Positions 38,044 to 52,700 of a DNA stretch of 64,000 nt are shown piece after piece. Position 1 is the stretch's first letter. Every line of letters starts with the position of its first letter. The stretch comes from Cenococcum geophilum. Its lineage: Eukaryota. The translations under genes were made by a program, and so were the position numbers. The notes under the pieces were generated by a model. That model was not told where the DNA came from. It saw nothing but the letters and a program-made list of their open reading frames with translations, and searched no databases. The stretch is from the NCBI GenBank assembly GCA_050273025.1, contig CP158636.1, positions 4,464,001 through 4,528,000 of the forward strand, in the 5' to 3' direction.

Positions 38044-41000
38044 ATTTATTTTCTGCCTCTAGTAAGGCCAGATGCCCTTAAGCTTTTATATATACTATAT
38101 AATCCTATTTAAAATCTAGTTACCCCTACTAGCACCTATAAGATTACTAAGCTTATCTAAAGATAGGCCATTTTTAATAGATTAACTATAAAGGAAGTAG
38201 GTAACGCTAAGTGCTTACTTTTTTTATAATCTAATTAAACATATAGTAGCAAAATAAAGGGTATTGGCTAAATTAACCGTCCTAATACTTAAGTATATGC
38301 TTAGCGTATATAGTTAGAGTAACTATACGTTTACGTAACGTATTAAAATCGGCCTTACTATAAAGGAATAATATAGAAAAGGCACCGCGTATAATATAAT
38401 TAGCTATTTGCTTAAAGAGAGGTATCTACTATATAGTAGAAACTTCTAGGCCCGCCTATAGGCCTTTTTAATATTAAACCTCGCGATGTAAAAGCTCTAA
38501 TTTACTAAGATTAGGCACTGGATTAGGAACTAAAGTATCTAGTACGTTATTGTTAATTCGCTATTCTATATATTATTACTAAGCCCAATAAGTAGATAAC
38601 TGTCGGGAATAAAGCATGCGGTCATTACGTGACGCCGCGGTACTAGCGTAGCGAGGAGTCTTAAGCCCCTCACCCTTCCTCATTTAATTAATAAGCTTTA
38701 TTAACTAACATTACTGTAACCTACTCGAGTAGTTGTTATTAGTGAGTTACCCTATATAACTAACACTAATTAGTGGTTAAATATATAGTCAACTATAGAG
38801 CAGCTAGGTTTTCGAATAGAAGAGATAGTCTTATATAGGGGTACTATATACGCTTATATGGAATGGATCCCAGCAATACTATACTACCTTAAACTTGCGG
38901 AAAACTAGTAATAGAAGTGTTACTAAGTACTAGGAGATACTAAGTTGCGTCTATTACGCAGAATAACCGCGTTTATAAAGATTTGGTTAAGTACCTTAGG
39001 TTAAAAGTGTTACTAAACCTAGGGTCCTAAGTTAACGTCTAAAATGCGTTAAATGATGTCTAAAACGCGTTAAACAATATCTTAAATTGCCTACCTCTTA
39101 ATAGCAAACCTATAAGATCCTATAAAACCGAAAATCCTACCTACCTTTAATATACGACACCCCGTTAATTCTATACCTACTATAGCGTTAACCTACCTAA
39201 AGAAGTATAAGGAAGATATTAACCTAAAGATATAGAATAAAGCTATAATTAACCTTATAAACGCTAATAAACAAGACTTAAATAGATTTTTATTATACTA
39301 TATAGTATATTATAAGGACAGTAAATATAATAATACCGCGCTATAGGAATATATAAAGGAGGACTTTATTAGATAGATAAAGGAAATATAGGCCCCTATA
39401 AATAAGGATATTATATAGGACTTCCGTAACTTCCTTTAGGAGAATAGAGTATTTATCCCTAAGGATAGGGGTACTATTAGAGACAATATTTAGGAGTAGG
39501 TTATTGACGTAAAAGAAGAGCACGAATAGACTCTATAAGAGATTAAGCACTAACTACGCACTATAAGGAAGCTTAACTTACGATAGAACCTAAGTAATAT
39601 ACCTCTAAAGATGAACCTACCTTCGCTTTTAACTCCTTTATATCTAATTTAACCTATAACCTTAACGTTAGATACTATACCCTAATAAAAGCAGGCATAG
39701 GATCCTATTATTTTATAATTTAACGACCTTTAGACTCTACCAACTAGACCTACGTCCCTACTATAGCCTATAATATAACCCCTACCTCCTCTATCTTAAT
39801 CTTAAATTAGAGGTAGTTTAAAATTGCTTATAGAGCTTACGAAGCTCTATTCGGATTAGGAGAAGAAGTTTAGTAGGGAATTATATAATATTCTTAATTT
39901 AAAACTACGTATCTTCTATAACTATTACTAAAAGGTAGAAATAGAGTCTAATTAATACTATAACGCCTATTCCGTTATGCTTAAGGGCTAAGCTAGTACC
40001 TTCTATTATAATTATTTAGTAGGAAAAGGATATAATTTTAACCGTATAATATATAAGTTAAGATGCCATTTTAAAATAGAAGAGAATAAGTAGTAGTATA
40101 TATTAGAATAGAGAGAGACTACCTTTCTAAGGATTATTACTATAAACCCAGGTATTTCTCAGCTTAATTATTTTTAAAAGCTCTTTAATTAACTTTAGAT
40201 AATTTAGCATGGTTTATCCGAATTATATTAAGAGGACTTTAGCCTACATAATTAAGTTATTAGCGTATACTAAGGTATTAAAGAATATAACTTTACTCTC
40301 TTTAATCCTGTAAATACTTATAAAGGAGTATATGCTTAATTAAGATCTTCTATTAATACCGCTCTATACTTTTAAAAAGTATAGTAATTTAATGCCTAAC
40401 TTTAACCTACTTTAATTGACCTGCCTAACTAATATAATTATAACTAGACTAATTAAATATATAGTGGCCGGGGTAGGTAATATAGTAGAGGGTATAATTA
40501 ATAACTATAAGGTAAAGGTGGAGGTCCTTATAGAGGTTTATTTCGAAGTAATTACTAGAAGAAGTGCTATATTTATAAGAAACCAAATTACTAGTTAACT
40601 AGGTATTTTTTTAATAAGCGAAAGGAGGTATATAATAAGTTTCGCTAGAGTATAAGAAATGTTAGAAATTATAAGGTTACTATAGCCTACTTTTAAAGCT
40701 TCTTAGTTTAATATAAAGGCGTAAAAGATCTTAAGGGTAAGGTTAATAAGGCTAAATAGCTCCTTATAGATATAGAAATTAAGGAGTATTTACCTAACTA
40801 ATACTTTACTAAGTATAGTAAGGTAGATGGTATATAAACCGTTACTATTCTTAATAATTAATCTACGCTCCATTTTACTATAAAGTTAGATATCTTTAAT
40901 AAGCTAAGGGAGAGTTCCGCGTTTTCCTTTAATAATAGATACTCAGCAAACGTCTTTTATAGTATTATACCAGATACTAGAGCCGCAGGTATATCTATAG

Positions 41001-42256
41001 CAGGAGAACCTTAAGTTTAAGCCCTTTAGCAGCTTAATAGCTCTATTTAGATCAACTATTTAACGGTAGGCTAATATATAATTCGTTTTAGTAAGGGTAT
41101 TATAATCTCTCTTAGCATAATTAGGGTCTAAACCCCCTTAGGGTATATTACCTTTTACGTCGTTTCTACAAACACCCTATTTCTATTTTGCATTAGAGAT
41201 ATAAATAAATTAGGCGTTAAGCTTAATAACCTTAAGGATATACTTATTTAAGGAGATAATCGGGTGCCCGTTATACGTAAGTAGGGTTACCCTTAGTTGC
41301 TCCTTTATTAATTAGAAAAGAGTATTACTTAAAGCTACCTAACTAAGTTAGAGTTACGTTAACTATACCGTTATTTTAGCTACCTATCCGTTTATTAATT
41401 ACTTAGGGTTCTTTAGTAAGTAGGCTATAAAGTTAAGGTTAAAGCAATTAAGTATTTTATAAAGTACTACTATTACTGCTAAATAAACCAGAAGTTCCCT
41501 AGCCGATTTAAGTTTACCCTTAAAGATAACTATAGCTTTAACTTCTATATTATCGTTAACGTTATATATCTTAGCGGTAAGCTAGTACTTTAAGTTATTA
41601 ACTTTTTAACCTTCTTTTAAGCCGCACGATTTTTAAAGGATATATTAGCTAAGAACGCATAAAATACCCTTTAATTATACTAAATTAATGTCTACCTAGA
41701 ACCCCCTAATTAAATCGTCTATAATATAAGAAAGAACTTCTTATCTATAGAGTTTTAATAATAGATAAAGGTAATAGTAATTATAACGGAACCTTATAGC
41801 AAGAACTACGATAGGCTTGTTAATGGGCTAGGTGTGTAGGTAATGCAAAGTAAAGTTAACAACGTAATAATAACTAGTGGAGTAATTGCCTAACAGATTA
41901 ACTCCAATTATATTCTAAGAATTACTACAAGGAAGGAACTAAGGGTCCTTAAATACACAACTATACTCTTATAAAATCCTTTTTGTATATAATATACATG
42001 TACTCTATTTATTCTATTATAGATTATATAGATCCTATAGATTATATAGATCACATTATATAACCTTAGTTACCATTCCTCGTTATATAGCTCTATTGGC
42101 TCCATTCTAGACTGTGCCTAAATTAACCAACTAGCTTCCTCCGACTCTCTTCTTAATAGTTATAATATTATACTTAAAGCGTCCGTAACACTATCTCCCT
42201 CCTTTTTATCTTTATTCTTAAAGATCCTAAATATCTCTAAGTTATTTACTAGAGGT

Positions 42257-43003
42257 ATAATATCCGTCTAATTAATTTGGTTAATATTATTACTTATTAT
42301 ACCTAAAGCAATTTCTTCTTCTTTAACTGCCCATTATATTTATACTGTTGCTATAATATTGTCTCTTAGTAAGATTATACTATCTCTATATTCTCGTTAT
42401 TTAAAAGAGGGGTTAGTTTATATTACGTTAGTAAACCTATTTTCGCGACAACTGTCCTCTTATTTAGAGTGCACTAAAGCGAATATTTATTCGTCTTATG
42501 ACGTTCACTCCGTCTCTAATGCTAAATATACGCGACTTATTACTCTTAATAGTCGTCTAGTTCCCTAATTGATTTGTCTTAGGGTCTTATGTTTAATCTA
42601 CTGCTGCGCGGCTAGATAATAAACTATCTATTGCTCTGGCGGAACTGCGCCGTTCCTAGGACGCTAAATAGGAGGTTGCTAATGCTTAGTAACGGGCCCT
42701 TAAGTCTCGTCTAGCGGCGTCCGCTTAGTTAATCCGTCTTAAGAAGGTTTATAAAAAGGTTTGTTTTAAGGAGTAAAAACTTATAAAATAGGGTCTGTAG
42801 GAACTTAGTAATAAAAAAATAGATTCTCTTCTAATAGAAAAGGAAACAAATCTAAATAGTTCGGCAACTACTCTTCCTAGGTCCCCCTTAGGTAACTTAT
42901 TCTTTTATAATTCTTTTTTTTAATACTACCTAACCTAATCTCTTCCAATACTCCTATACCTTTCCTATAGCGTTCTTTAGATTTTCTAGTAGCTCCTAGG
43001 TAG
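42257..43003 (+). pseudogene. Antisense accessory gene of Gypsy D: Cys-rich N-terminus + coiled coil, intron about 42528-42582
   Basis: ORF 42359-42568 reads YSRY..YLECTK..SSYDV, with TAT revertible to TGT Cys. Intron with branch CTAAT and TTAG acceptor. Exon 2 is WS..STAARLDNKLSIALAELRRS*DAK*EVANA, with only TAA/TAG stops. Homologous tail in element C at about 4260-4430. Confidence 0.6.
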
Positions 43004-43265
43004 TCTTAGTGTAGCTTATCCACTTAACCTTATACTATATTTTATTATTAATATCCTTATAACTAACAATCTTTAAAACTTACCATTTATCTTCTTCCTA
43101 TTCTCTATACATGTCTACTTTATAAACTAGTAGCTTAATATTCCCGTATACTGGCTCTAGCATTATAATATATTATATAGGGTAGATCTTTATTTTAGCT
43201 AGTAGGTTTAACTTAAATATAACTAGTAAAATCCTTTGCGTAATTTTAAAAGGTTCTAGTCTAAC

Positions 43266-46200
43266 TGTTACGGAACCCGACCGCAGGGGCCTCTATAGGA
43301 GAACCCCGTGCTCTCGCGTACACCTCGCGTATAGCTTATGTCAGCTACGCGAGGGTATATTACCTCCTTACGCCCTCGACCCTTACGATCGATCGCGTAA
43401 CGTCTTGTAGACTCCCCGAATATATACGCTTTGTAGCCATTACCCGCGTTCCGTAATATTATGTTGCGCCTTTTTCTTTACCAACGCTTAGCCTACGACC
43501 AATTCTACGTCCCTATGATACTGTAGATGCTGCCAGAAGCAGCGTATCCACGAGTTACCTTACTTTGTACTCCTAAAGAATTAACAATAGTAAGACGAAA
43601 TTCCTTACTAGCTACTATATTAAACTTAAAGAACAACCTAATACCTATATTAAAACCACGATACCAATTAGTCCCAGGAGGATTTAATTTGTTAGCCCTA
43701 GCCTTAACCCCTAAAGGGAAGCCTAGTGGCTTAAAAGACTATAATAACTATGAGGGGGACATTAACAATGTCTTATCCTTTATTAACTATACAACCACGG
43801 ATAAATAAGCCGAAGGGCTACTACCTATTAAGATTGAGATACAAGACGCCGAGATGTTTGCAAAAATGGTAGCATAAGAACCCGATAAATACTACCGCCT
43901 TCTACAGAACTACTATCTAAAGCTTATATAAGCTGAGATGCGTACTGCCTAAGATTATAATATTATCCAAGACCTATAAGCTCATGAGGCGCTCGCTGAT
44001 AACACACGCTAAGAGATTGAAGACGACCTCCGCGCGTCTGAATACGACGTTTAATAATTAAAGAAGGCCGAGATTACACTTATTGCTACGGTTACTAAAA
44101 AAGAAGGTATAATTAAATACCTACAATCTTAGCTTAATAAGCACATTCGTAACGATACTAGACACCTCTCTACTGCATACAACGCCACCTAAGTCTTTAC
44201 GCCCCCGGCAACCTTACCTACTTAACGCTTAATAGAAGGTTAGCGCTAAGCAGCTTCACCTAATAGGAACCCCTACTATAGCAGCGGCAACGACGAAAGC
44301 CATAATAATTGAACCTAAACTACTACTATAGGGTCTAATACACGCTACCTCAATCCCTTAATCTTTAAGGGTAACCGCAAGGAATATAGCTACTGGAAGA
44401 TATAAACCCGTAAGAAACTAACCTAGAGCGCTTACCTTTTCCCTATAGAAGATATTAAGATTAGCTATATTATCGGATGAACGAAGGGCATCCCGTTTAA
44501 TAGGCTTTTCGCTTAATAGGAGACTAGCAGTCCCTAGAAGTGGTAGTCCCACTAGGAAGTCCTTAATAACCTTAACTAAATATACCGCGACTATGACCTA
44601 GTGGCCACTAGTTAAGCTAAACTACGCGCCCTAAAGATAAGTCCTACTGAATTATTTAATAAGTTCTATATTAAATTCCAGGAATATACCGGAGTCCTCG
44701 CCTAAGACGACGCTAAAGACTAGAAAGATCTCCTCGAAAAAGTTACTTATCGCCTTAGTTACGCAGCCGCCAGCCACAACTATAATAACGTTTATAATAT
44801 GGTAGCAGCCCTACAGAAGATTAAACGACGGCTAAACTAGATTACTACTGTAAACCCCCGCCCGAAGACCTCCCTATAGAAGCCCTCCGGACCTACTAAA
44901 CTACCGACGCCTACTACTCTAAGCAATACCACTGGTCCTAATATCGACCTCTCCATACTAGCCTTCCCGAAGAAGCTACTAGATCGCGAGCTACTCCGGA
45001 AGCTAAGGCGTTGCTATAGATGCTATTAAGAAGGCTACTATAGCTATAGCCTAAACTGCCTAATGGCTAGGTTTAGTAGCCGCTGTTAAATACCTAACCC
45101 TATGCCCCGGACACTAAATACGTCGCTACGCGCCGCTACCGCATAAGACAAAGATGTAGCAACGGTAGTAGAATTAGACGCGGAAGTGGAAAACGTAAAG
45201 TCCTAGCCCTAAGTCGCAGGTTGGGACACTCTAATGATAGAGGGATCTATATATCGGCTTGCTTAATAGATAGCTTAGTAAAAATAGAAGAACGGAAGTA
45301 AATAGTCTTACCTATAGAGGGAACTACCGCTAAGAAATAATATAAAACCCGTTTTATAATTAACTGCGGAGCTACTAATAAATTTGTAGATACCTAATTT
45401 GTGTGCACTTATAACCTACCTACCTTACCCCTCGCTAAAGCCCGCGCCCTATAACTCGCTAACGGTAGTTATACTGTATAAAAGATTACCTATATAGTAT
45501 AACTCTACCTAAATATAAACGGACACTAGGAGGAGCTCTAGGCCTATATTACACCACTTATAAACTACCCTATTATCCTTAGAATAAACTAGCTTAAATA
45601 ATATAACCCCGCCATTAACTGGCAAAAGAGAGAAGTAACCTTTAACTCTAAATACTGTAGAGAGACTTGCCTAGGGCATGGCCTAGCTACCTTTATCTAC
45701 TCCCCAGGATATTAACCTAAGGAAACCCTTATTATCCCACCTACGACTAACTGCCACTATATAAGCGCCGCGGCCTTCTACCGTATAGCACGTAAGAAAG
45801 GCTGGACCGTTACTATAGCCTCCTGATTATAACTATATAAGCTTAATAAAGATTAGAACTATATCCTCTATAGTAACAGGATAGATATAGTTAACCTCCT
45901 AGAAAATAATGCCCCTGTAGAACTCTATAGACTTTTACCCTTAGACTTTAAGAAGTTTATAAAGCTTAAAAAAGGACTTACTAATAAGGAACTCCGCAAG
46001 CTTCTCCCTAAGAGATACCATAACTTTATTAACGTATGCTTATAAAAGAGCGTAGATATACTGCCCCCATATTAACCTAACGACTATACCATTAATATTA
46101 AATAAGGAAAAACGCCGCCCTATAAGAGACCCTACTTAATATTAAAAGATAAACTCCTAGTTGTTAAAAAGTATATTAATAAGCACCTTAATAAAGGGTT

Positions 46201-49200
46201 TATTCGTCCCAGCATGTCCCTAGTAGCCGCTCCTATCCTCCTTGCTAAAAAGCTAGGAGGAGATATTTAATTCTGCGTTAACTATAGAGGACTTAACGCT
46301 ATTACAATTAAGAATTAATACCCCGTACCGCTTATACGCGAGACCCTTAAATGGCTTAGCCAAGCCAAAATCTATACTAAACTTAATATTATTACCGCCT
46401 TTAACCGCCTCTAAATACGGGAAGGTAATAAATAGAAAACCGCATTCGTATTACGCTTCGGCCAATTTAAATACACTATTATACCTTTTAGCGTATGCAA
46501 CGGCCTAGGCAGCTTCTAAAGCTATATTAATAATACCTTATAGGACTACCTTAACAACTTCTGCTCCGCGTACCTGGACGATATACTTATTTATAATAAT
46601 AACCCTTTTAAGCATACTAAGCACGTTTAAAAGGTCCTATAGCGCCTTAGAGACGTAGGACTTTATATTAATTTAAAGAAGTGTAAATTCTTAGTCACAG
46701 AAGTAAAATACCTTAGACTAATTATTACTACTAAGGGTGTCTATATAGACCCCGAAAAAGTATGTATAATTACTGGATAGTAAACCTTTACCTGCATTAA
46801 GGACGTATAAGCCTTCCTTAGTTTCGCCAACTTCTATTAGAAATTTATATACAACTTCTTAGGTGTTATAGCACCACTTATAGCAATGATGCGAACAAAG
46901 GGCTTTTCTATAAAAGGAAGAAAAATATATCTACGTTTTATCTAGACGCCTAAATATGAAAAGGCGTTCTAAGACTTAAAAGATGCGTTTACTAAAGTAC
47001 CTATCCTAGCTTACTTTATACTAGGACGATAACTCTATCTTAAGACTGACTTTTTAAACCACGTTAATGCGGGCGTTCTCTCCTAGATAGGTAACGACGG
47101 TCTCCTCCACCTAGTCGCATTCTACTCGTCTAAGCTTATACTATAAGAATGTAACTATAAGATCTATAATAAGGAACTCCTCGCAATTATATAAGCGTTT
47201 AAGGAATTCTAACCAGAACTCTCTTTAGTAGAACCTGACTAGCTAACTAAGGTCCTTACGGATTATTGCAACCTTAAGTACTTTATAACTACGAAATAAC
47301 TAAACTAATGTTAAGCACGTTGGAACGAGTTCCTCTCTGGTTTTAACTTTAAAATCGTATATAGGCTAGGAGTATAAGGTACTAAGCCTAATAGCCTAAT
47401 ACGCCGTTTATAAGACCTTTCTTAGTTAGAAGATAACTCTTATAATCAATTCCAATAACAAATAATCCTAAAAGCACGAAACTTAGCCCTAGGTATACTA
47501 CCTAAGACAGAACCAACCGCCCCTTAGCTTCATACTATAGAACTAGAGTTACCCCCTAAAATTAACGAACTTATTACCGCAGCATATAACACCCCTATTG
47601 ACCTATTATTATATTAACTAATTGCCGCAAAGATCGCCGGCACCTATATACTGCCTACTAACCTCTAAAGCTTAGGCTAGATTAATATAGCAGCCTTAAA
47701 AGTAAAAGAGAACAGGCTCTATTATAGAGGCCGTCTATTTATCCCTAACTTAGAAGACTTATAACGGCAACTAATCTAAATGGCCCACGACCTCCGATTA
47801 AGCGGCCACCTAGGTAAAGAAGGAACCTATAAGCTTCTTAGCCGATACTACTTCTAGCCTAAAATGATAGACTTAGTTGAACGCTTTATAAGCGCCTGCT
47901 ATAGCTGTAAACGTGCTAAAGTATTTTACACAAAGTACTAAGGACTGCTATACCCTCTACTAGTACCTATATAACGATAGGCAGATATTGCTATAGATTT
48001 CGTTATCAACCTACCGCCTTATAAATGATATGGCCGAACCTATAAGAACATCTTTATGATAATATGCCGACTTATAAAAGAACGCCACTACGTCCTAACT
48101 AAAGGCGTAGCTGTAAGTGATGTTGCCGACACCTTTCTCCGCGAAGTCTACCGACTATATGGGTTACCTGACTTTATTACGTCTGACTAAGGCACGCAAT
48201 TTAACTCTAATATATAAAGGCGGATCTGCCAACGCCTTAGTATCTCTGTTAAGATGTCTATATCCTTTTACTACAAAACTGCGGGATAACTAGAAAACGC
48301 TAACGCTAGTATAAAGGCGTACTTATGATAGGTAGTCGCCTATAGTTAGGACGACTGGGTAAACCACCTTCCGCTAGGTGAATTTGTAGTAAATAACTAC
48401 GTCTTAGCCACTATAGGACTTACCCCGTTCTTCGCGAATAAAGGATATTACCTATAATCTGGTATAGAGCCACCAGAGCCTATTAATAAGAAACTGCCAT
48501 ATAAAAAACGCCTTAAGATGCTATTTACCGACCAATATATAGACCGTATAAAAGACCTACTTAACTACTGCAAAGGAGAGATGGCCTAGGCCTAAGCGAA
48601 ATAAGCTTACTTCGCTAACCGCTATAGAATACCACCACCTAAGATGCGTGTTGGTAATTGGGTATAGTTAGATATACGCAATATCTCCATACAGAGACCT
48701 ATGAAGTCACTCGATTATAAGAACCTTAGCCCCTACTAGATTAAACAAGTTATTAACAGAGGAGCTACATACGAACTAGAGCTCCCGCCTGCCTTAGCCA
48801 CCCGTAGGATATAGCCCGTGTTTTACCTATAGCTACTATACCTTCACCAGCCTAACCCTCTACCAGGACAAATATAGCCTAAACCCCTACTAGTATTAAT
48901 CTGAGATAAGAACGAAGACGAGAACTATGAGGAGTGGACCGTTAAATGAATTATTAACTCTAAATACTTTGGCAAAGGCAGAGGACGGCGGCTCTACTAT
49001 AAAGCTACCTATACAGGATTTAATATAGATTAGCCAGAATGGCAACTATAGGAAGATTTTAAAAACGTAAAAGATCTAATTAGCGATTTCTACTATATAA
49101 ACCTACAGAAACTAGGCCTAAGCAGAGATTTCGTACCTAATCCCCTATAGGAGCCGTTATAGCTAAATCGTTGTATATTACTATTACGTGACTACTCCGA

Positions 49201-49756
49201 TGAGATATTAAGGAACTTTAACCACCGGTTAAAGTTGTCTAATTAGTTAGATTCTAGACGCTAAGGAGAAGCCAACTAATTAGGATTTTCTATCCCCGGG
49301 ATAGAAAATTGCTATTAGCTCGCTTGCTACTAGCGCCTCGGCAATACCCTTGCACCTTACTAAGTCCCTAACAGCCTCCTTCCCCTCTATAGCCTAGCAC
49401 CTTCGCATAGTAGCAACCTATAAGCTTTAAGTTAGAAGTACCTATACGAGCCCGTTATACCTATAACGATATTCCTTCTTCTAGATACCCTAAGCATTTC
49501 CCCTTATATATATATAGCAACCACAGCGTTGCCGGAGCTCCGCCTTAATAGGAGGGGGGGTAGTGTTACGGAACCCGACCGCAGGGGCCTCTATAGGAGA
49601 ACCCCGTGCTCTTGCGTATACCTCGCGTATAGCTTATATTAGCTACGCGAGGGTATATCACCTCCTTACGCCCTCGACCCTTACGATCGATCGCGTAACG
49701 TCTTGTAGACTCCCCAAATACATACGCTTTGTAGCCATTGCCCGCGTTCCATAACA
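43266..49756 (+). mobile_element. Full-length RIP-degenerate Gypsy chromovirus (element E), youngest in the nest
   Basis: 193-bp LTRs 43266-43458 and 49564-49756, TSD CTAAC, PPT AGGAGGGGGGGTAG. RT SAYLDDILIY (46565-46595), RNase H YNKELLAI, integrase, and chromodomain EEWTVK.IINSK..LYYKATYTG. Confidence 0.95.
49203..49341 (+). other. Three-hairpin module in the 3' UTR of Gypsy E
   Basis: Stems AACTTTAACC/GGTTAAAGTT, CTAATTAGTT/AACTAATTAG and ATTTTCTATCC/GGATAGAAAAT. Homologous to 58600-58766. Confidence 0.85.
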
Positions 49757-52700
49757 CTAACGTAGTTTAACTTCTTACTTAGTCGTCAACTCTTAAAATT
49801 TTTGTGTAGTAGCTATACTTTATCTCCCTCCTTAAGATCTGGTCCCTTAGATCTTTTAGCATTATAGTACTTTTTTATTCTCTCTTATACTTTCTTTACT
49901 AATTCTATAAGGTCTATATAAAGATTTATTAATATCTTTATTCTTTCTTTAGCTATACTACTTATTTTCTTTACTTACTATAGTAATAACGATATTCTTA
50001 GCTTATACCCATAATTTGCCTTAAATAGTAATATGCCTATTCCTTCTTAAGGTGTTGCATTATATATAAACTATATAACTAGTAGTAATAATACCTAATT
50101 ATTCTATGCGTAATTAATATAGTGTTTTAAATACTATTCTAGTATCTAATTTAATATTTCTGTTTACCTATCTGTCTGCGGATAATATATAGTAGAAGTT
50201 GCTGCTCTAACTCCTTACTCCGCTAAAAATACTTCCTAAAATACTACTATAAATCTTGGATCTCTATCTAATATAATCTTACTTAATGCTCTATATCTTA
50301 TAAATACTTCTTTAATATAGATTTTAGTAATATCTTCTGTTAAGATTTCTTCTATATATACTATAAAGTATCCCTACTTTATAAGCTTATCTACTATTAC
50401 TAAGATCGCGTTATAATCTTATCCGGTAATAGGATCTTTTAACTTTAGTAACTTAATAATAAAGTCCTATAATATAACCTCCTATAGTCTCTCTAGTGTT
50501 TTAATAGGTTATAGCCCTCTATACGGCTTATGCCTTATTAGTTTATTCCTTTAGCAATCTAGATATTCCTTTATAACTTTTCGCGCTAAGCCCTAGATTC
50601 CATTAATAATGTACTCCTCTTAAAGTCTTAACACTAGGCCTATAGCTCTATTATATCCTTAAGTTAATCCCTTATAAAACTCTTCTATAAATTACTCCGC
50701 TATGCTTTTTAGGATATACTTTACTTTATAATTTTTGTATATATCCATTTATAGGTCTTCTAGCTATACTTTTAGAATCCTCTATACCTAAAAGCTCTCT
50801 AGTAACTTATAAACTCTATCTTATTCCTCTTAAGTTGTTATAATTTTTAGATAATTATACCTAATTAATCCGTCTATATCTCTTTATAGTAAAGCCCCTA
50901 ATGGCTTTTCATCGTTTTACAGTTTAGCTTTCCAACTTAGAGTATCTGCTTATATATTGTCTGTACCCTTAGTATACTAAATCTTAAAATGGTATTCTAT
51001 AAGCATTTCTGCCCATCTAACCTATCTTTAGTTAAGTTCCTTTATTATTAGGAATCCTATTAGGTTCTTATAATCTATCTTAACTATAAATAGTTTCTCT
51101 ATGCCTTATAAGAATGCTTTTTATTTCTTTAGTGCTGTAACTATACCTAATAACTCCTTATTATAGATGTTATAGTTTAACTCTAGTAGTGTTATCTTCT
51201 AACTATAGTATACTACTAGGTGCCATCTATTTTAATATTTCTATATAAAGCATGCCCCTAGTATATAGTCTAATATATTCGTTTTTATAACCGTTTCTAA
51301 TCCTAGTTAATAAATCTTAAGAACTAGCTCCTAGGTAAACAACTCTTTAACTTTTTTTAAAAAGTTCCTACTGTTCCTCTCTCTACGCCTATAGTTCTTC
51401 CTTCTTTATTAATCGCGTAAATAGCTTAATATTCTTTAACTACTGCGCTATAAACCTTTTACAGTAATTATAAAACCCTAGGAATAATCTTAACTGTATA
51501 ACGTTCTCTAGTTCTTACTAATTTACTATAGCCTTAATCTTTTTTAAATCTATACTAAGTTGGCCTAGTTTAATAATAAATTTAACAAAATTGGTTTTTC
51601 TGGTAAAGAACTTGCATTTCTTAATTACTACTAGCATCTGTTTTTTTTATAGTTTCTTTAAAACCCATTTAACGTATTCCCCGTGTTCTTTCTTAGTTAT
51701 TAAGTAGATAATAATATCGTCGAGGTATACTATAATAAACTTATCTAAGTGCTCTCCTAATACGTTGTTAATATACTTCTAGAACGTTACTAGTGTATTT
51801 ATAAGCCTAAATTATATAACTAATAGTTTATATAGTCCTTCCTTTAACCTAAAGGCTGCCTTTTATTCGTCGCCTTCCTTAATTCTAATCTAGTAGTACA
51901 CCTATCTTAGATTAATCTTTATAAAGATTTGCGCGTTACCTATCCTATTTTAAATTTCGTTAATTAAGGGTAAAGGATACCTATCCTTTCTGGTAATGCT
52001 ATTTAACTACCTATAGTTAATACACAGCCTTAGTTTGCTATTCTTCTTTAGTATAAATAGTACTAGATAACCCGCTAATAACTACGATGGTCTAATATAT
52101 CCCTTCTATAGGTTTTCCTAGATAAACTCTTTTAGTGCTCTACCTTCCTCTTAGGTAAGCTTATAGATTAGAAAGAACTTTAGACTTATTCCTAGTTTTA
52201 ATTCTATCTTATAGTCCCATGCTATATACTCTAACAGCTTTTTACTTTCTAGTAACCATAGTTTCTTGCCGTACTTATAGTATCTTTTTAGTACGTAACT
52301 TAGTCCTTTTTCTGTTTCTTCATAGGTTGCTCCTACTTAGTACTATACCAACTTAGCTTACTATCGCAACTTGCGGCGCTAAGTATCCCTAATATTGACC
52401 TAACCTATAATCTAATCAATCTTTGGATTATATTCCTATAACTAAGGCATTCTTAGTACTGCCTTATTCCGTCCTAATAGTAGGATATTAAAAGACATCT
52501 TAATTCGTCTTCCTTTAATGGTTATTTAAATTAGTCCTATTTTAAGATTAATAATCCCTCCTCTGTAGGCTATTAGATCTCCTAAATTTATAACTAATAG
52601 GTAAGGTTGCTCCTTCTATCTGTGTAGTAGCCCTATTCTCTTAACTGCTACTAGTAAGATATAGTTCCTTATCGCTCCACTATCTATTAATGCTTTAAAC

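Noticed and set aside
49266..49280. GAGAAGCCAAC resembling part of a hairpin ribozyme
   Set aside because: The remaining conserved loop B sequence is absent and the motif is not kept in the Copia copy of the module.
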